This document shows positions 41,500 through 56,050 of a stretch of 64,000 nt of DNA, piece by piece. Position numbers and translations under genes: made by a program. The stretch's first letter is position 1; each line of letters starts with the position of its first letter. The stretch spans positions 28,892,001 to 28,956,000 of the forward strand of contig JAQFVV010000002.1 in the NCBI GenBank assembly GCA_028023455.1, in the 5' to 3' direction. The DNA is from Epiperipatus broadwayi. Lineage: Eukaryota; Animalia; Onychophora. The notes under the pieces were generated by a model. That model was not told where the DNA came from, did no database searches, and was given only the letters and a program-made list of their open reading frames with translations.

Positions 41500-42800
41500 T
41501 CATCAGATCCAATCAGTTGCAGTTAAATTTTCCAATACTCATTTATGGTTCTCAGTTCACCTAACATGTGGAGTCAGTACTATTTAATTGTATGGTTGCA
41601 CACATTATTTTGGTAGGATAAGAAATTTATACTATTGGCATGTGTTTATGATTCCAATGAGGTATTTCTTGTACATCTTATTTCATTCTGTAAAATAAAA
41701 TAAAACTAATCACAAAAAAAAACTGTATTTGTTTTTTTATTTCCATATGCCACATGTTCACTTAAAACTATCAATGGCCACCACTGATGGACAGACAGAG
41801 TTAATCTAATAAACAAAATTAATCTTAACATCCGAACATGATTATGAAAAATTTGGGATAATTATAAAAACAGGCACAAGTGATATTTGTCATACTTAAA
41901 GCAAAAACAGAAAAAAATGATGCTGAGAATTTCTGAATAATTTATGTATAGTTTCAGAGCCAGTGCATAAGAAAGAGAGAGATTTGGTACAATGTTTTCA
42001 TGTGGAAACCTCTTTTACATATAATTTTTTTATATACAATAAAAAACAGATTCATCATCTGTCCAATAATTTTTACTTATAAGTGCTAATGTAAAATGGA
42101 CTATATAACTCATAGCTATAATGTAATCAATTAAATGGTATTCTTTTGAACATGGCAGTATTCCTGTTTTTTATATTGACTTTTCTGCTCAAAAAAAGTC
42201 TTTCTAATAATCATCCCATGTGTTGTGCAAAAAATCAATAACAATAGCTCACATCAATTTACAGTATCAATACCTTTATTTCCAACAAATTTTAGCAAAT
42301 GTCTCCAATTTGTATCAATGTGTGCATTAAACTCTCCAAGAAATAAGATTTAATACTTTAAAGATATTATTATAATCATGCTATCTAGAAAGAAAGTTGT
42401 TTTCTCTGAGATCTGTGTGTAATGTTGAATCAGATGCCCAAATAAAAATTCAGTATTGGTATTATTATGCAATTACCCGCTGGCTGATATAGTGAGGAAT
42501 ATCAAAAACAAAATATACCAAAGTAGATTTTACAACAAACTTAACAACATCATTCATTGTCTGTTTATCAATTTACCTTTTCAACACACCTTTTAACCAT
42601 TAGCCTTTTCTATTAAACATCCTTCACAAAAGTAGTTACAGTATTATTCTTTTTCTAATACCTCTGCCCTCTGTTAAACCCTACTGACTACTGATAATAT
42701 TATTATTTTGACATATTTAATTAGTAACTCCCTAATCACATTAGCATAACATGCCTTGGGGGAACAGGTCAGTTTATGATGAAATTTTCTATACCCTCTT
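41500..42800 (-). pseudogene. Decayed RTE endonuclease in unit 3
   Basis: Homologous to 30950-32250. Confidence 0.6.
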
Positions 42801-44646
42801 TGCTTCTATGGTAGGTAAGCGATTTCTAAATAGGATTGCTTAAATTACCAGCTAAAATTTATATTTCAAATAGTTACAAATTAATTCATTAATGATTGAA
42901 CAGACTGTTTCTTTCACAGCTAGCAGAACTTAAAAAATAACTGAAAAACGGAACTTGTGTCAGAAATGCTGAATAAGTAGTTAAATATAAAAATATGGTT
43001 ACATAATCTAAATGAGATTACCAATGCCATGAAAGACTCATGATGATATGATAAATAAAATACCAGTCTAATGTCAACTATTATCTTATACTATAATTCA
43101 ACAGGAAATCCTCTTTCTCAGCATTATTGTTTTATTCACAAGGAGATTTGGCAGTAGCCCCTCCCCCCACCTCCTACAAAGGTAAAAAAATAAAATCTAT
43201 TTGTATTCTTAAATAACAATGCTACTATAGCTTATATGAATTCATAAATGTTCAAGGCTATGGCTTAATTTCTAATAGTAGGGTTTCACTAGCATTATAT
43301 TACATTAGAAAAGATATGCACCGCGATCTAACAAGATGTTGGCTGATCAAATACATTGATCAAATGCAAATAAAACAAATATATAAAGATATAACGCTCA
43401 TTATTTATAACTACTTTAAAGTGCAAGTTTATGCCCTGAAAGTATATTACACAATAATTATACTAGTTTAGAATGAATTAAAGTATCTTTAAGAATATTG
43501 TACGTATGTTTAACTTTAAAATTATACCATAAAATAAATACTAATATTTTAAAATGTTTTTTACATTTATTAAAAACGTGGAAATTTTTACCTACCTTCC
43601 AATGACATTTAAAAAAACAAACACGGGGGCAGCACTGATCAAAAATTCCAAGCCTTGTTAATTACAGCATATTTTGTATAACGGTCTTATTACAGTTACT
43701 TTGTGGCATGCCGAAAGAAATAGATAATAAAGAAGTGGAGAGATCCAGGCTATAGATTTGAGATTATTCAGTAATCAATACGCCAATAATTTGATATGGA
43801 ATTCGAATTTTCTTCTTTATATAAATAGATATACTGAAGTAGAAATAAAAAATGCAAAATTGAAATGTGTATATTAAAGTAATTAAAATATTATTTTCGA
43901 AATGTATACTTTTTGTTAAGCATAATACAGTTTGCAGCAAATATTTTTTTAGAAAGATTAATTTACATGTAAAATAATTAAACGCCAAGGGTTTCTATAA
44001 ATTAAAAATTGGAATGGGCCAATTGTTTTATTAACATCCAATTTCACTTACATTGTTATACACATTAAAACTAATAATTTAAATTATTTTTCTCATTAGT
44101 ATAACAAAATTGTACTTGCTCAAGCTACAAGAGGAGAATCTTCTTTGGAGATGAGGATTAACAGTGAATAGCAAACACTGCACAGGCAAAACGATCTTCT
44201 AAAGGTAGATACAGATTTCAGTACAAAACAATTGTTTGTCTCTTAAATTTTCTTCTTCACCCATGTAAATTAGTGTAGACCTGGTCATCACAGGCATCTC
44301 ATATCATTGATCATTTCTTTATACTAATTGTGGTAGTGAGATCAAGTGTATGTGTAATGGCATTTCCATACTTTAACTACACACACTTTATCAAACTTCA
44401 GATATTTACATTCTCTCTAAAGTCAGAATTAAATCACGAAAATAATTCTGTTTTTTCTTCTTCTTGTAACCCGATCAGGAGGTGGATTAATATTTAAGTC
44501 AGCTCCTTTTGCTTTAGTCACTTCTGCTACACCTTCTTCTTTTTTCTGGGTCATCTAGAGATCTTGTTTAGGTTCCTCAAATTGATCTTCCACATCACTA
44601 TCAGTTTCAGTAAATAAAAATGGTATTAAATCTTCACGCCCGTCTT

Positions 44647-44726
44647 ATATATATATATATCAAAGGATTGACCCTCCAGTGGCTTGGAAGGCAGCTATGC
44701 TAACTGCTAGGCCAACAACGCTTGAC
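44647..44726 (-). mobile_element. Truncated tRNA-Gly SINE, orthologous to the unit 2 copy
   Basis: ggcttggaaggcagctatgctaactgctaggccaacaacgcttga at the same site as in unit 2. Confidence 0.8.
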
Positions 44727-45245
44727 GTCTTTTGCAATTGGTTAATGTGATTTCGTATTAGTTTGCCTCACATCTATTTTCAGCATCAGCTGATTTCTTC
44801 ATTTGCTGATGCAATACTTTTCTATATTTACTGATGAAATAATTTGTTTTACTGTAATCTTTTTCTATAATTTCTAAATTATATACACATTTAAATTTCC
44901 TTTATTTATTGTTAATCATTTATTTTAATATCCATTCACTGTGGTTGGCTTTACGGCCTGTGCTTAAATAAACAGTGAATGGTGAAGCACACACACACCT
45001 ATATATATATATATATATAGCTTCACTATTCACTGATGTACCAACATCCTGTCCTACAAGACAACATGAGGTATTATCAGTATTTAATGGCAGTTTGAAT
45101 ATAAATAATCTAATATTGTAGCATTCTTCGATGGTAGGGGGAGGAATAAATAAATGTACTTTTTGTTCATAAAAAATAACAATACGTAGAATATTATATA
45201 ACTGCAATACAACATGTTTGAAAGACATAACTTATGTCTGACTAT

Positions 45246-45552
45246 AATAAGAGTACCAAACTCTCCACTCAGTAGTGCCACCAAGTGCAAGATTTTGTAA
45301 TCAATGAACGCAGGAAAGCATGTGCATAAAATCTCTATCTAGTGCCTACTCATCCAATATCCCCAGATTAGTTTCTAGCTTATTAATTTCATCAGTGAGA
45401 AGTCTTGAATTTGTGAGTAGTGCATATAGATCGTTGGATGTTGGATGAGTAAGCAGTACATAGGGATTTTATGCACAATCATTCCTACATCCATTGATTA
45501 TGAAAGCTTGCACTTGGTGGCACTACTGTATGGAGAGTTTGATACTCTTATT
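45246..45552. repeat. Family-U hairpin in unit 4
   Basis: aataagagtaccaaactctcca / tggagagtttgatactcttatt. Confidence 0.9.
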
Positions 45553-45649
45553 AACAGTGTGTGTAGGCTGAGGAAATGGTGATCATGGCATGTCTGACTG
45601 ATTGAATAACATATAATTGAAATTTTTCAATAAACACTTTAAATTATGC

Positions 45650-46950
45650 AATCTTATGAAGTGTTGGAGTCATCAGATCCAATCAGTTGCAGTTTAATTT
45701 GCCAATACTCATTTACCTTTCTTAGTGCACCTAATAAGTGGTGTCAGTATTGTTTAATTATATGCTTGCATGCATTATTTCAGTAGGATGAGAAATGTAT
45801 ACTATTGGCATGTGTTTATGATGGCAATGAAATATTTCTTTTACATCTTATTTCATTCTGTAAAATAAAATAAAATTGACTACAAAAAAATGTATTTGTT
45901 TTCTTATTTCCATATGCCGCATGTTCATGTAAAATTATCAATGGCCACCACTGATGGACACACAGTTAATCTAATAAACAAAATTAATCTTAATCTCTGA
46001 AGATCATTATGAAAAATTTGGAATAATTATAAGAATAGGAACTAGTGATATGTGACATACATAAAGCAGAAACAGAAGAAAATGATGCTGAGAATTTGTG
46101 AATAATTTATACATGGGTTCAGAGCCAGTGCATAAGAAAGAGAGATTTGATACCATGTTTTCATGTAGAACCTCTTTTACATATAACACTTTTATATATA
46201 ATAAGAAACAGATATGTCATCTGTCCAATAATTATTACTTATAAGTGCTAATGTAGAATGGACTTTGTAACTCATAACTATAATGTAATCAATTAAATGG
46301 TATTGTTTTGAACATAGCAGTATTCATGTTTTTTATATCACCATTTCTGCCCAAGCAAAGTCTTTGTAATGATCATTCCATGTGTTGTGCAAAAAATCAA
46401 TAACAATAGCTCACATCAATTTACAGTATCAATACCTTTATTTTCAACAAATTTTAGCAAATGTATCCAATTTGTATCAATATGTGCATTAAACTCTCCA
46501 AGAAATAAGATTTAATACTTTAAAGATATTATTATAACCATGCTATCTAGGAAGAAAGTTGTTTTCTCTGAGATCTGTGTGTAATGTTGAATCGGATGCC
46601 CAAATAAAAATCCAGTATTGGTATTATTATGCAATTACCCGCTGGCTAACCCAGTAAGGAATATCAAAAATAAAAGTTACTGAAGGAGATTTTACAGCAA
46701 ACTTAACAACATCATTTGTTGTCCGTTTATCGATTTCCCTTTTCAACACAACTTCTACCCATTACCCATTTCTATTAAACATCCTTCACAAAAGTACTTA
46801 TTGTACTATTCTTTTTCTAATACCTCTGCCCTCTGTTAAACCCTACTGACTACTGATAATATTATTTTGACTTATTTAATTAGTAATCCCCTAATCACAT
46901 TAGCATAACCTGCCTGTGGAGAACAGGCCATTTTAAGATCAAATTTTCCA
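45650..46950 (-). pseudogene. Decayed RTE endonuclease in unit 4
   Basis: Homologous to 30950-32250. Confidence 0.6.
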
Positions 46951-48899
46951 TATCTGCTGCTATTGATAGGTAACGGATTTTCTAAATAGGAATGCCTAAA
47001 TTACCAGCTAAAATTTAGATTTCAAATAGTTACAAATTAACTCATTAATGATTGAACAGACTGTTTCTTTCACAGTTAGCAGAACTTAAAAAAATAACTG
47101 AAAAACGGAACTTGGAGTCAGAAATGCTGAATAAATAGTTAAATATAAAAATGTGCCTGAAACACACAATCTAAATGAGATTACTAATGCCATGAAAGAC
47201 TTATAATGATATGATAAATAAAACTCCAGTCTCACGTGAACTATTAATCTTATCATATAATTCAGCACGAAATCCTCTTTCTCAGCATTATTGTTTTATA
47301 CACAAGGTGATTTTGCAGTAGCCCCCCCCCTGCCACCTAGAAAAGTAAAAAATAAATTTGTATTGATCCTACTACTAGCTTATATGAATTCACACAAGTT
47401 CAAGACTATGGCTTCATTTGTAATAATACGGCTTCGCCTACATAACAATCTACCAAGCTGATCAAATGCATTGATCAAAAGCAAATAAAACAACTGGGTG
47501 AAAGAATAATTGTTCTTTATTTATAACCATTTGAAAGTCCAAGTTTATGTGTCGAAAATATATTACATAATAATTATACAATTTTAGAAGGAATTAAACT
47601 ATCATTAAGAAAATTGTTTAGTGATGTAACATTAAAAATTAATTGCATAAATTAAATACTAGAGTTTCAAAATACTTTTTACATTTATTAAAAACTTTGA
47701 AATTTTTACCTACCGTCCAATGACATTTAAAAAAAAAATGGGGGCAGCACCGATCAAAAATTCCAAGCCTTGTTAATGACTGTATATTTTGTATAATGGA
47801 CTTATTAAAGTTACTCTGTGGTGTGCCTAAAGAAATAGATAATAAAGAAGTGGAGAGACCTAGGCTATAGGTTTGAGATTATTCAGTAATCAATAATCCG
47901 ATAATTTAATATGGAATTTGAATTTTAAAACATTAAAAAATATCTATTCTTCTTTATATAAATAGATATACTGAAGTAGAATAAAAAATGCAAAAGTGCT
48001 GAAGGATTAGTAAAAACTGGCTCTTTTCTTTGAAAACTGCTATTTTTCAATATTTACTTCAAACCTGCTTAAATTTGGAGAAGAAAGTTTATGACCAAAC
48101 CGCTATATTGAATTTCTTGCTTGAAAAAAATTTGCTGAAATTGGAAAAGAATATGTAATTAATTGCTCTATTTAAATAATCACATGCCTTAGATAAAATG
48201 GGAAACCAGAGTAATGCTGTGAAAAATGTTGAAAACTGTCCTGTCCTTTATATATTGATGATTTACAAAATAACAGCCATTCAGTTATTAATATTTTTTT
48301 TGTGTGTGTATATGAGGTGTTCATTAAATAACTGTTTATGCATATGCACCTTTTCAAATTATGTTGCCAGCTTTTGGAGAAACACACTTACTTGTTAAAT
48401 TTATGTGCTACCAAAGCAGAAGCCCTGCAAGATTAAAAACTTTAATATTTTATATTTTACAAAAAAAAAATGTTTTGATAAAATTTTATGATTTAGGTTT
48501 AAATCATGCATTTATAACATTATTATTACATCTATTTTAAATATTATTTTTTTTAATATTTATATGTTATAGTCTAGAGTGCCTAACAGACTATTCACTT
48601 ATCATTCTTGATACTACATATTATATAAATGATTTGCTATTAAGTTATTTTAAATAGTATTGCTTTGCCCTTGTTTATGAGAAGTATTTTGTAAGGAATG
48701 CTTATATGTTATTAAACGATTATGTATATTTCTTGTCATTTTAATTGCTTAAGGATACCTTTATTCAGTCGTATTTGACAAGTATATTATTACTTTATCG
48801 TTTTTATGTATCAATTTGATATTACATTTATTGAGAATTTAGAATCAATTTCTCTCTTGTATAATTGATATATATTATCTAACCATTGTACATTTCCAA

Positions 48900-49330
48900 T
48901 GTATGGAAATTTATTTCCATCTTGATGATTTGGAGATAGATCATGGCTTTCGCATTATTGCAATTGGAATAATTTAGTTTTTTTTTAGAAAGAATAGAAA
49001 GTCATTCTCTCCAATATTGTTGATATTTTCCTTGAGTGATATTTTTCTTCTTGTTTTATGGTTGTAAAATGCTTTATTAATGGCAATTTTTTTTGTTCCT
49101 AGAATTTGTGGTAGTTCACGCCCATATTATTATATATATCTAGAGCCAAGAAACCTAACATTATTTTGCTCTCAGAATGTAAGTGCATATTTTGGGTTCA
49201 TGCCATCACTAGGTTTATTGCTCTATTTAGCTTTTCCTCTTGGAAATATCTTCTTTATATTGTATTTAACACCATGTATGGTGTAGTGTATATTTTGGTG
49301 TAGTAGCAATTGATATGTTTGTTATTTTAA
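48900..49330 (-). pseudogene. Possible very old LINE RT C-terminal remnant
   Basis: FQEEKLNRAINLV..NM and NNVRFLG loosely resemble LQxxLNxLxxW and KFLG. Confidence 0.3.
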
Positions 49331-49920
49331 AATGTATCATTCTTTCTTCAGGATTATTTTTAACTCCTTAAGTATAGACTGAAGAGTTGTTTGATGTGTA
49401 AATCTGTTTTGCTGTGCTTTCCCAGCACTACATAAAATAAAACCGATAGTGACTTATTCAATATTATAAATTTATATTTTACCCTAAATAAATGCTGTGC
49501 ATCATCATCATCATCGCTATCCAGAAGCAAGTCATCATTGGATTGCTAATATCTAAATGTCATTCTGGTTTACTCATTGTTGGGACAATAGCATAGAGTG
49601 AACAAGAGCATATGTGTAATTCTGAGAACAATTTGAAGATTAAATACAACTTCAATAATTAAAAACCTATAGCATTGGTAAATAATGTATAAATCAGTGA
49701 AAGCTATAGATTATAAAACTTTAGAATTAGTTTAGGACATATATTTCATGCAAGAAGTTGTAAAGCTTTTGACATAAATTTGTTTATAATTTAATAAAGT
49801 TCTATTACTTTAAAGGCACAAAATATTTTAGTGATAATATTAATAATAATAATTAATTAATTTGAAGGATGAAAATTTTTTGTAATAATATTTTATTTAT
49901 CATAAGTCAATAAATATCCC

Positions 49921-51172
49921 ATGATCACCATTTCTTATACTTGCTTATAACTGTTATTAAAACAGGCAAAACTCTCTATACAGTATTGCCATTCAGTGCA
50001 AGCCAGAGTAATCAATGGATGCCAGAAGGCTTGTGCATAAAATCCCCATCTAGGGCATACTCATCCAATATCCCCAGACTAGTTTCTGACTTGTGCCCTT
50101 TGTCAGTGAGAATCCTTGGATCTGAGAGCACTGCACCTAGATCTTAGGATCTAATACAGTCCACCAGCAATCACATTTTACCTCTACTTAACTACAAAAC
50201 TATGAGTCTTAAATTGAAAACACAAAAATATTTTCAATCCAAGTTCATTAGCTTATGTTGTCATATATGTCTGAACTCAATTCAGTACCTATACATTTTT
50301 ATGTCTTTGCTTCTTTAACAACCATAGCCACCACTATCCTATTAGGCAGGATTGGTTTTAAGCCAATAAACATCACATGATCACAATTTCTTATGCTTGC
50401 TTATAACTTATTAAAACAGGCAAAACTCTCCATACAGTATTGCCACTCAGTGCAAGCCAGAGTAATCAATGGATGCTAGAAGGCTTGTGCATAAAATCCC
50501 CATCTAGTGTCTACTCATCCAATATTCCCAGACTAGATTTTGGCTTGTGGCCTTCATCAATGAGGAGCTTTGGAACAGAGTGCACTGCACCTAGATCTTA
50601 GTAGGCAGTAGATGGGGATTTTAAGCACAAGCCTTCTGGGCATCCATTGATAACTCTAGCTTGCACTGAGTGTCAATACTAATATGGAGACTTTTGCCTG
50701 TTTTAATAATAATTATAAGCAAGCATAAGAAATGGTGATCATGTTTATTGGCTTAAAACCAATCCTGCCTAATAGGATAGTGGTGGCTATGGTTATTAAA
50801 AAACCAGCAACACCAAAATGTATGGGTACTGAACTGAGTTCAGACCTATATGACTATATAATCTAATGAACTTGGATTGAAAATATTATTGTGTTTTCAA
50901 TTTAAGACTCATAGTTTTGTTCTTAAGTAGAGATAAAAGGTGGCTGCTGGAGGGTTGCATTAGATCCTAAGATCTAGGTGAGATCTCAGATCCAAAGCTC
51001 CTCTCTGACGAAGGCCACAAGCCAGAAACTAGTCTGGGGATATTGCATGAGTAGGCACTACATGGAGATTTTATGCACAAGCCTTGTGGCATCCATTTAT
51101 TATTCTGGCTTGCACTGAATGGCAATACTGTATGGAGAGTTTTGCCTGTTTTAATAACAATCATAGGTCATG
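49921..51172. repeat. 1.25-kb nested family-U palindrome
   Basis: U (49921-50376) + partial U (50377-50601) + partial rcU (50602-50741) + rcU (50742-51172). Confidence 0.92.
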
Positions 51173-51567
51173 TATATTCAATTTATCCATTTAATTTATT
51201 AATTTTAAATAGGTTTAAATATAAAAGTATTCTCCTGTATACAACTGCATTGGACTATTGTAACAGTGTTTTGAAATATTTATAACAGATTTCCCATAAT
51301 GTTCATGTTTATAAAATTTGCGTATTGTAAAATAAAAGTTAATTTTGTTGTTAAGTTTTGTGTATTACCATATAATGTTTTGGTATTCACCAATCAATAT
51401 CCAGAAATCTAAACATTGTGTAATTTAGGGTGCAAATATTTGCATGCTATTTATTCAATGTACAGTCACATAAATGGAAATATTCAACTATTTTATAATG
51501 ATGATTTTGCAGATATGAAAAATGCATTTTAAATAAAATATTATTTATTTTATTCTATTGATTACTA

Positions 51568-51891
51568 CATTAAAGATCAGCCTTTTCAAGATATTGTGCA
51601 TGCGCTTTTTACGAGTGTCAATAATAAATGAATAATTTCACTCCCAACACAAGATATAGTATTTAGGAAAGAATAAAATGAATCCACTTAAAGTGAGTGG
51701 TCTATCCTCATGCTTTCACTTCCAGTACTTAAGATTTGCCCATATAAAAGCATTTGGGTTGGAAAGAATAAGTGGAATCATTTTATTCTTTCCTAAATAC
51801 TATATCTTGTGTTGGGAGTGAAAGTATTCATTTATTATTAACACTCGTAAAAAGCACATGCACAATAGCTTGAAAAGGCTGATCTTTAATA
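51568..51891. mobile_element. 324-bp MITE with ~125-bp TIRs and probable TA TSD (Tc1/mariner type)
   Basis: attaaagatcagccttttcaag...ttcactcccaacacaagatatagtatttaggaaagaataaaatga is mirrored at the right end; TA at 51566-67 and 51892-93. Confidence 0.88.
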
Positions 51892-53298
51892 TATTACAAT
51901 TTATAAAACAGTGCTATAAAAATAAATTTTATTGATTACTGTAATTTAAAACTGCAATTTACTTAAATAAGACTGCTTTTATAATCAATCATTGTCTATT
52001 TTAATTTAATAAAATATATTTATGTAATTGGTGAATATTTTGGGTGGCTATAAAATCCTTTTCCATTCTTGGTATTCATATGCTATTTTAAAAAATGATT
52101 GGATTCTTCCAAATTTACAGTTGTATGCATTTTTATTTTTATTAAATTATTTTATTAAAATCTTTATTATTGTTATTATAATATAGTAGATATACATTAA
52201 TTTGCATACTAAGTCCATGTCTTCTCATGTCTATCACTGGGATATCCTTCATTTTATTAACAACATGTCCATAAAGCAAAATATTGAGAAACACTAGCAT
52301 TAAAATATAATGCAAGAACTCTGAAACCATAATACCATAGTTTTATAAAATAAAAATTTATATTTATTGATAAAGAAAAGCAAAGTGGCATAAAATGTAA
52401 CATTTATAAAGATGATTATGGCAATAAGATGCTGGAGAGAGAATTTCTGGTTTAAGGCTATATTGAATAGGGATAATGATGGAAATTTTTTAAGTAGAGA
52501 AATAATTGTACCCTTGCTACTTTGTGATGTGTGCTATAAATATAGAGAGCTTTGAAGGTTTTGCAAGAGTGAGTTGAGGTTTCTCCTCATCTTAAATTTT
52601 ATTCAGTTATACTTTATAATAATTCATGATTATTATTATCATTATTATTAGTGTAGGTCTCTTTATTTTTAGTATAAATTGTAATAGCAAAGAACCCTGA
52701 ATTTTCCTAATTTCTTGATTCACCACAATTCATAATTTACATGTTGATCCCTGATTTTGTACAATATATATATTCTGCCCTCCTCCTCCGTCCATCCTCC
52801 ATATAAAATTTATATATAGTGTTTAAAATATATTCCGGGTTCTAGCTCAGTTTCACAAATGAAATATCCAACATTAATTAAAAATGATTACTAGCTTTAA
52901 ACTTTTAAAATACAAATACAGTTATATTTGTAAATGAATTAATAAATATTTATCATTTTCATGAGACATGGAGTGACGACACGGGGAGCGAGACAGACTA
53001 CATTGAGATATTATCCACATGATACTATCTCAATGGCATAAGAACACTATACTAAATAACTAACTTATAGTATTCTTACGACTTTCTAAAACTCTTTTCA
53101 TTACGATTAAAATAATAATCATGTCTTAATATTCTTAATAATAATAATCTAGCTCAATTAATTAAATTAACATAAAATAAATAATATAAAATAAAATCAA
53201 ATCTCAGGTTCATAAATTGTATTCTAACTGATTTAAAATTACGGTAGTAAACTATGAAAAGGGAATTTTATGTCATAAATTCACTACGCAGCAACTAA

Positions 53299-53299
53299 C

Positions 53300-53377
<78 letters not shown>
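53299..53377. repeat. (TAA)n microsatellite
   Basis: Directly visible. Confidence 0.98.
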
Positions 53378-53378
<1 letters not shown>

Positions 53379-55279
53379 GTATAATATAATCTTATTACTT
53401 CCTAAATGAAATAAAGAATTACGTACGTGGCAGTATTTTAATAATCCGACAACAAAATACGTGTGATAACATTAGCATATAATTTATTTTAATATGGTGG
53501 CAACCAACTTATGACCAATAAATGATATAATTATAATCTTTTAATTTTATCATACAAATAAATTTTCAAATTATTATAACACTTTTATGTTTACCTATTT
53601 TGTGCAAAACTATATGTCTGTTTCAATTATAAATGTGTATTGTGATATCATGCATCCATGTGGAGAAATAATAACGAAGACACAAAGCTTTATAATAAAT
53701 TTACAACAAAGTTTATTAATAACATAAACAAAAAACACTATTTTACATTATGTACACTGGATATCCTTACTCTCCTATCACAAAATGATTTTACTAGTTT
53801 ATACAATAAAACCAAACTTCTACTTATTTTTCTAGTTAATTCTTATCTTTAAATACTTAAGAAAGTACAGTATTATTATTATTGGATTTCTTATTTTAGT
53901 TTAGCTTGTTACAAAATGTATTTATTTATAATTATCACTAATACTTTGTATCCCTACTATTTTTTAAAATTATATTTTTATAAAATTACATTCGTAGTAA
54001 ACATTCTACAAAATCATAAAACTCTAATTTTATATTAGTTATATGGAATCCTACAGATTCAAAAACATTCTTTTACATTTGATATTACGTTTTCTTGTTC
54101 ACTATACAATGCTTATTAATCTAATATACTCATTCAAGCCTTGCTTCGGATGGTAATTACAATTATTAACACACCATGCACAAATATATGTGTCTATTAC
54201 ACATTATTGAATTATTTTCTTAACAAACATGCAATATTTATTTTCTAAATATTATTATAAAAATATTCAAATTTTATTATCACTTAAAAAAAAAAACTTT
54301 GTTTTAGATTTCTCTTTTAAAAATCTTATATTCGTTTCCAAATTGGTTTTAAACTGTATTATATGATTCTTTCTCTCTTTATGACTTTTGTACTTTCACT
54401 TTTAAAATTACACAATTCTAACACATTCCAGTAAATAAACTATTCTTACTTAACGATAACATACCCTCAGTTCTATTTTATGCATTATTTCTGTATAAAT
54501 ATCTTTCTGACGATGCAGATTCACGAAATAAGGATAGCGAAAATAGATGCACAGGATCAAAATAACTAGAATATTATCCGACATACACCTTGACAATAAT
54601 GGCACAGTGAATTAAAACAATATAGAGGAGTGACCTTTGTCTGTCTACCCACCTCTATTACAGGAGTGATGCTAAAGCTATTTCTTCAGCTTTATATAAC
54701 ATCAAAGAGTTTAAAAGATACGTAAAGACATTGTCCAAAATATATGTGTTCAGTGATAGGACTTAGTTAGCTATACTGAAAGCACACAAACTAACCATGA
54801 TCCAAATACTTTATTTTTCTTATTTCTTAGCAAAACATCATCTTGGTTTCCTCTACACTAGTACTACCAAGTCACTATCCGATCTTATTATTTCTCTAGA
54901 TTTTTCTCTACAGTACATCAACAAATTCTTATCTACATTTCTAACAATAATAAAATTCGTTTTATTTCAAAACTATACAGCTGTTCTCTAAGAAAATCTT
55001 TTACTACTTTTCTCGTATATTTATCATATACAAACTATTTTAAAATATCTAATACTTTGTTACATGAAAGTTCAAAAGAATCACACAATTGTTTTGACAA
55101 CTTATAATATTAATTATACTTGAAATAACTCATTGCATGCATATTTAAAATTATTCTTATCTCAGAATATGTTTTAATGTTGTATAAAATGTGTACTTAT
55201 AATTTTAAAACTTTCACACATCATTCTTACTCAATAGATGATCTAAAAAAAATACATTATGCATTATGAATAAATACCA

Positions 55280-56050
55280 AAATTACCAAAACGATCTTGA
55301 TCTTCTCGATCGTGTTCTGTAGGCTTCACCATTCCATTAATTCTTGTAGATATAAAAAATTCCATACATACTTTTTATTTTTAAAACAATATTTCTATCA
55401 TTCTATTAAGCTATTATATTTAAATCTCATTATTATTAAATTTATGTTTATATGTTTTCCCTAATCTAATATAGCATTTATATTTTAAATATAATCAATA
55501 AAAAATATTTAAATTATATTTACGATACTTCTTCACCAGACTTTCTTGAACCGTTCATATTTAAGCTAAAAAAAAAATATTTTATTTCTTCTTTTAGTCA
55601 CTTAATGTTCTATTTTAAAGTAAAACAATAGCTCTGTTTAATAAATCTTCATCGACGACAATCCTAGGTTTTTCACAATATTGTATACAATTATTAATTC
55701 ATGGCATTCTCTTTTACTATTGTCTGCTAATATTTTCCCGCACGACTTTTCCCCGATGCATCTTGTACGTACTTTTATTTAAATCTTCAATAAAATTTTC
55801 TGTCTTCATGGATCCATTTTTCACTCAGTAATTTAATTTTATATTTTTTTTATAACTCAAGCATTTCTCCATTGAATTCTTTATAATATTTTTCTCTGAT
55901 TAGATAAAGTTTTAGGCTCCTTTCCATAAAATACATAATAGCACTTTCATATTCTTCTTTACTTTTCTTTACTGTATAATTCTGGAACTACATTTTTAAT
56001 AATGTTTTCCTTTACAAGATAAACATTCTTTCTTCATCATAATTTTTCTT
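55280..56050 (-). pseudogene. Possible AT-rich Gypsy integrase remnant
   Basis: ENFIEDL..HRGKVVRENISRQ**KRM..INNCIQYCEK resembles the H2C2 domain; RINGMV resembles NGxVER. Confidence 0.45.

Larger units (their letters stand above)
35108..45015. repeat. Tandem unit 3 (~4.2 kb plus 5.75-kb insertion at 35340-41088)
   Basis: Unit sequence stops at aataaaagta (~35339) and resumes at ttctccacacagtagtgccacc (~41090). Confidence 0.9.
45017..47995. repeat. Tandem unit 4 (truncated, ~3 kb)
   Basis: Collinear with units 2 and 3 up to ataaaaaatgcaaaa. Confidence 0.9.
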
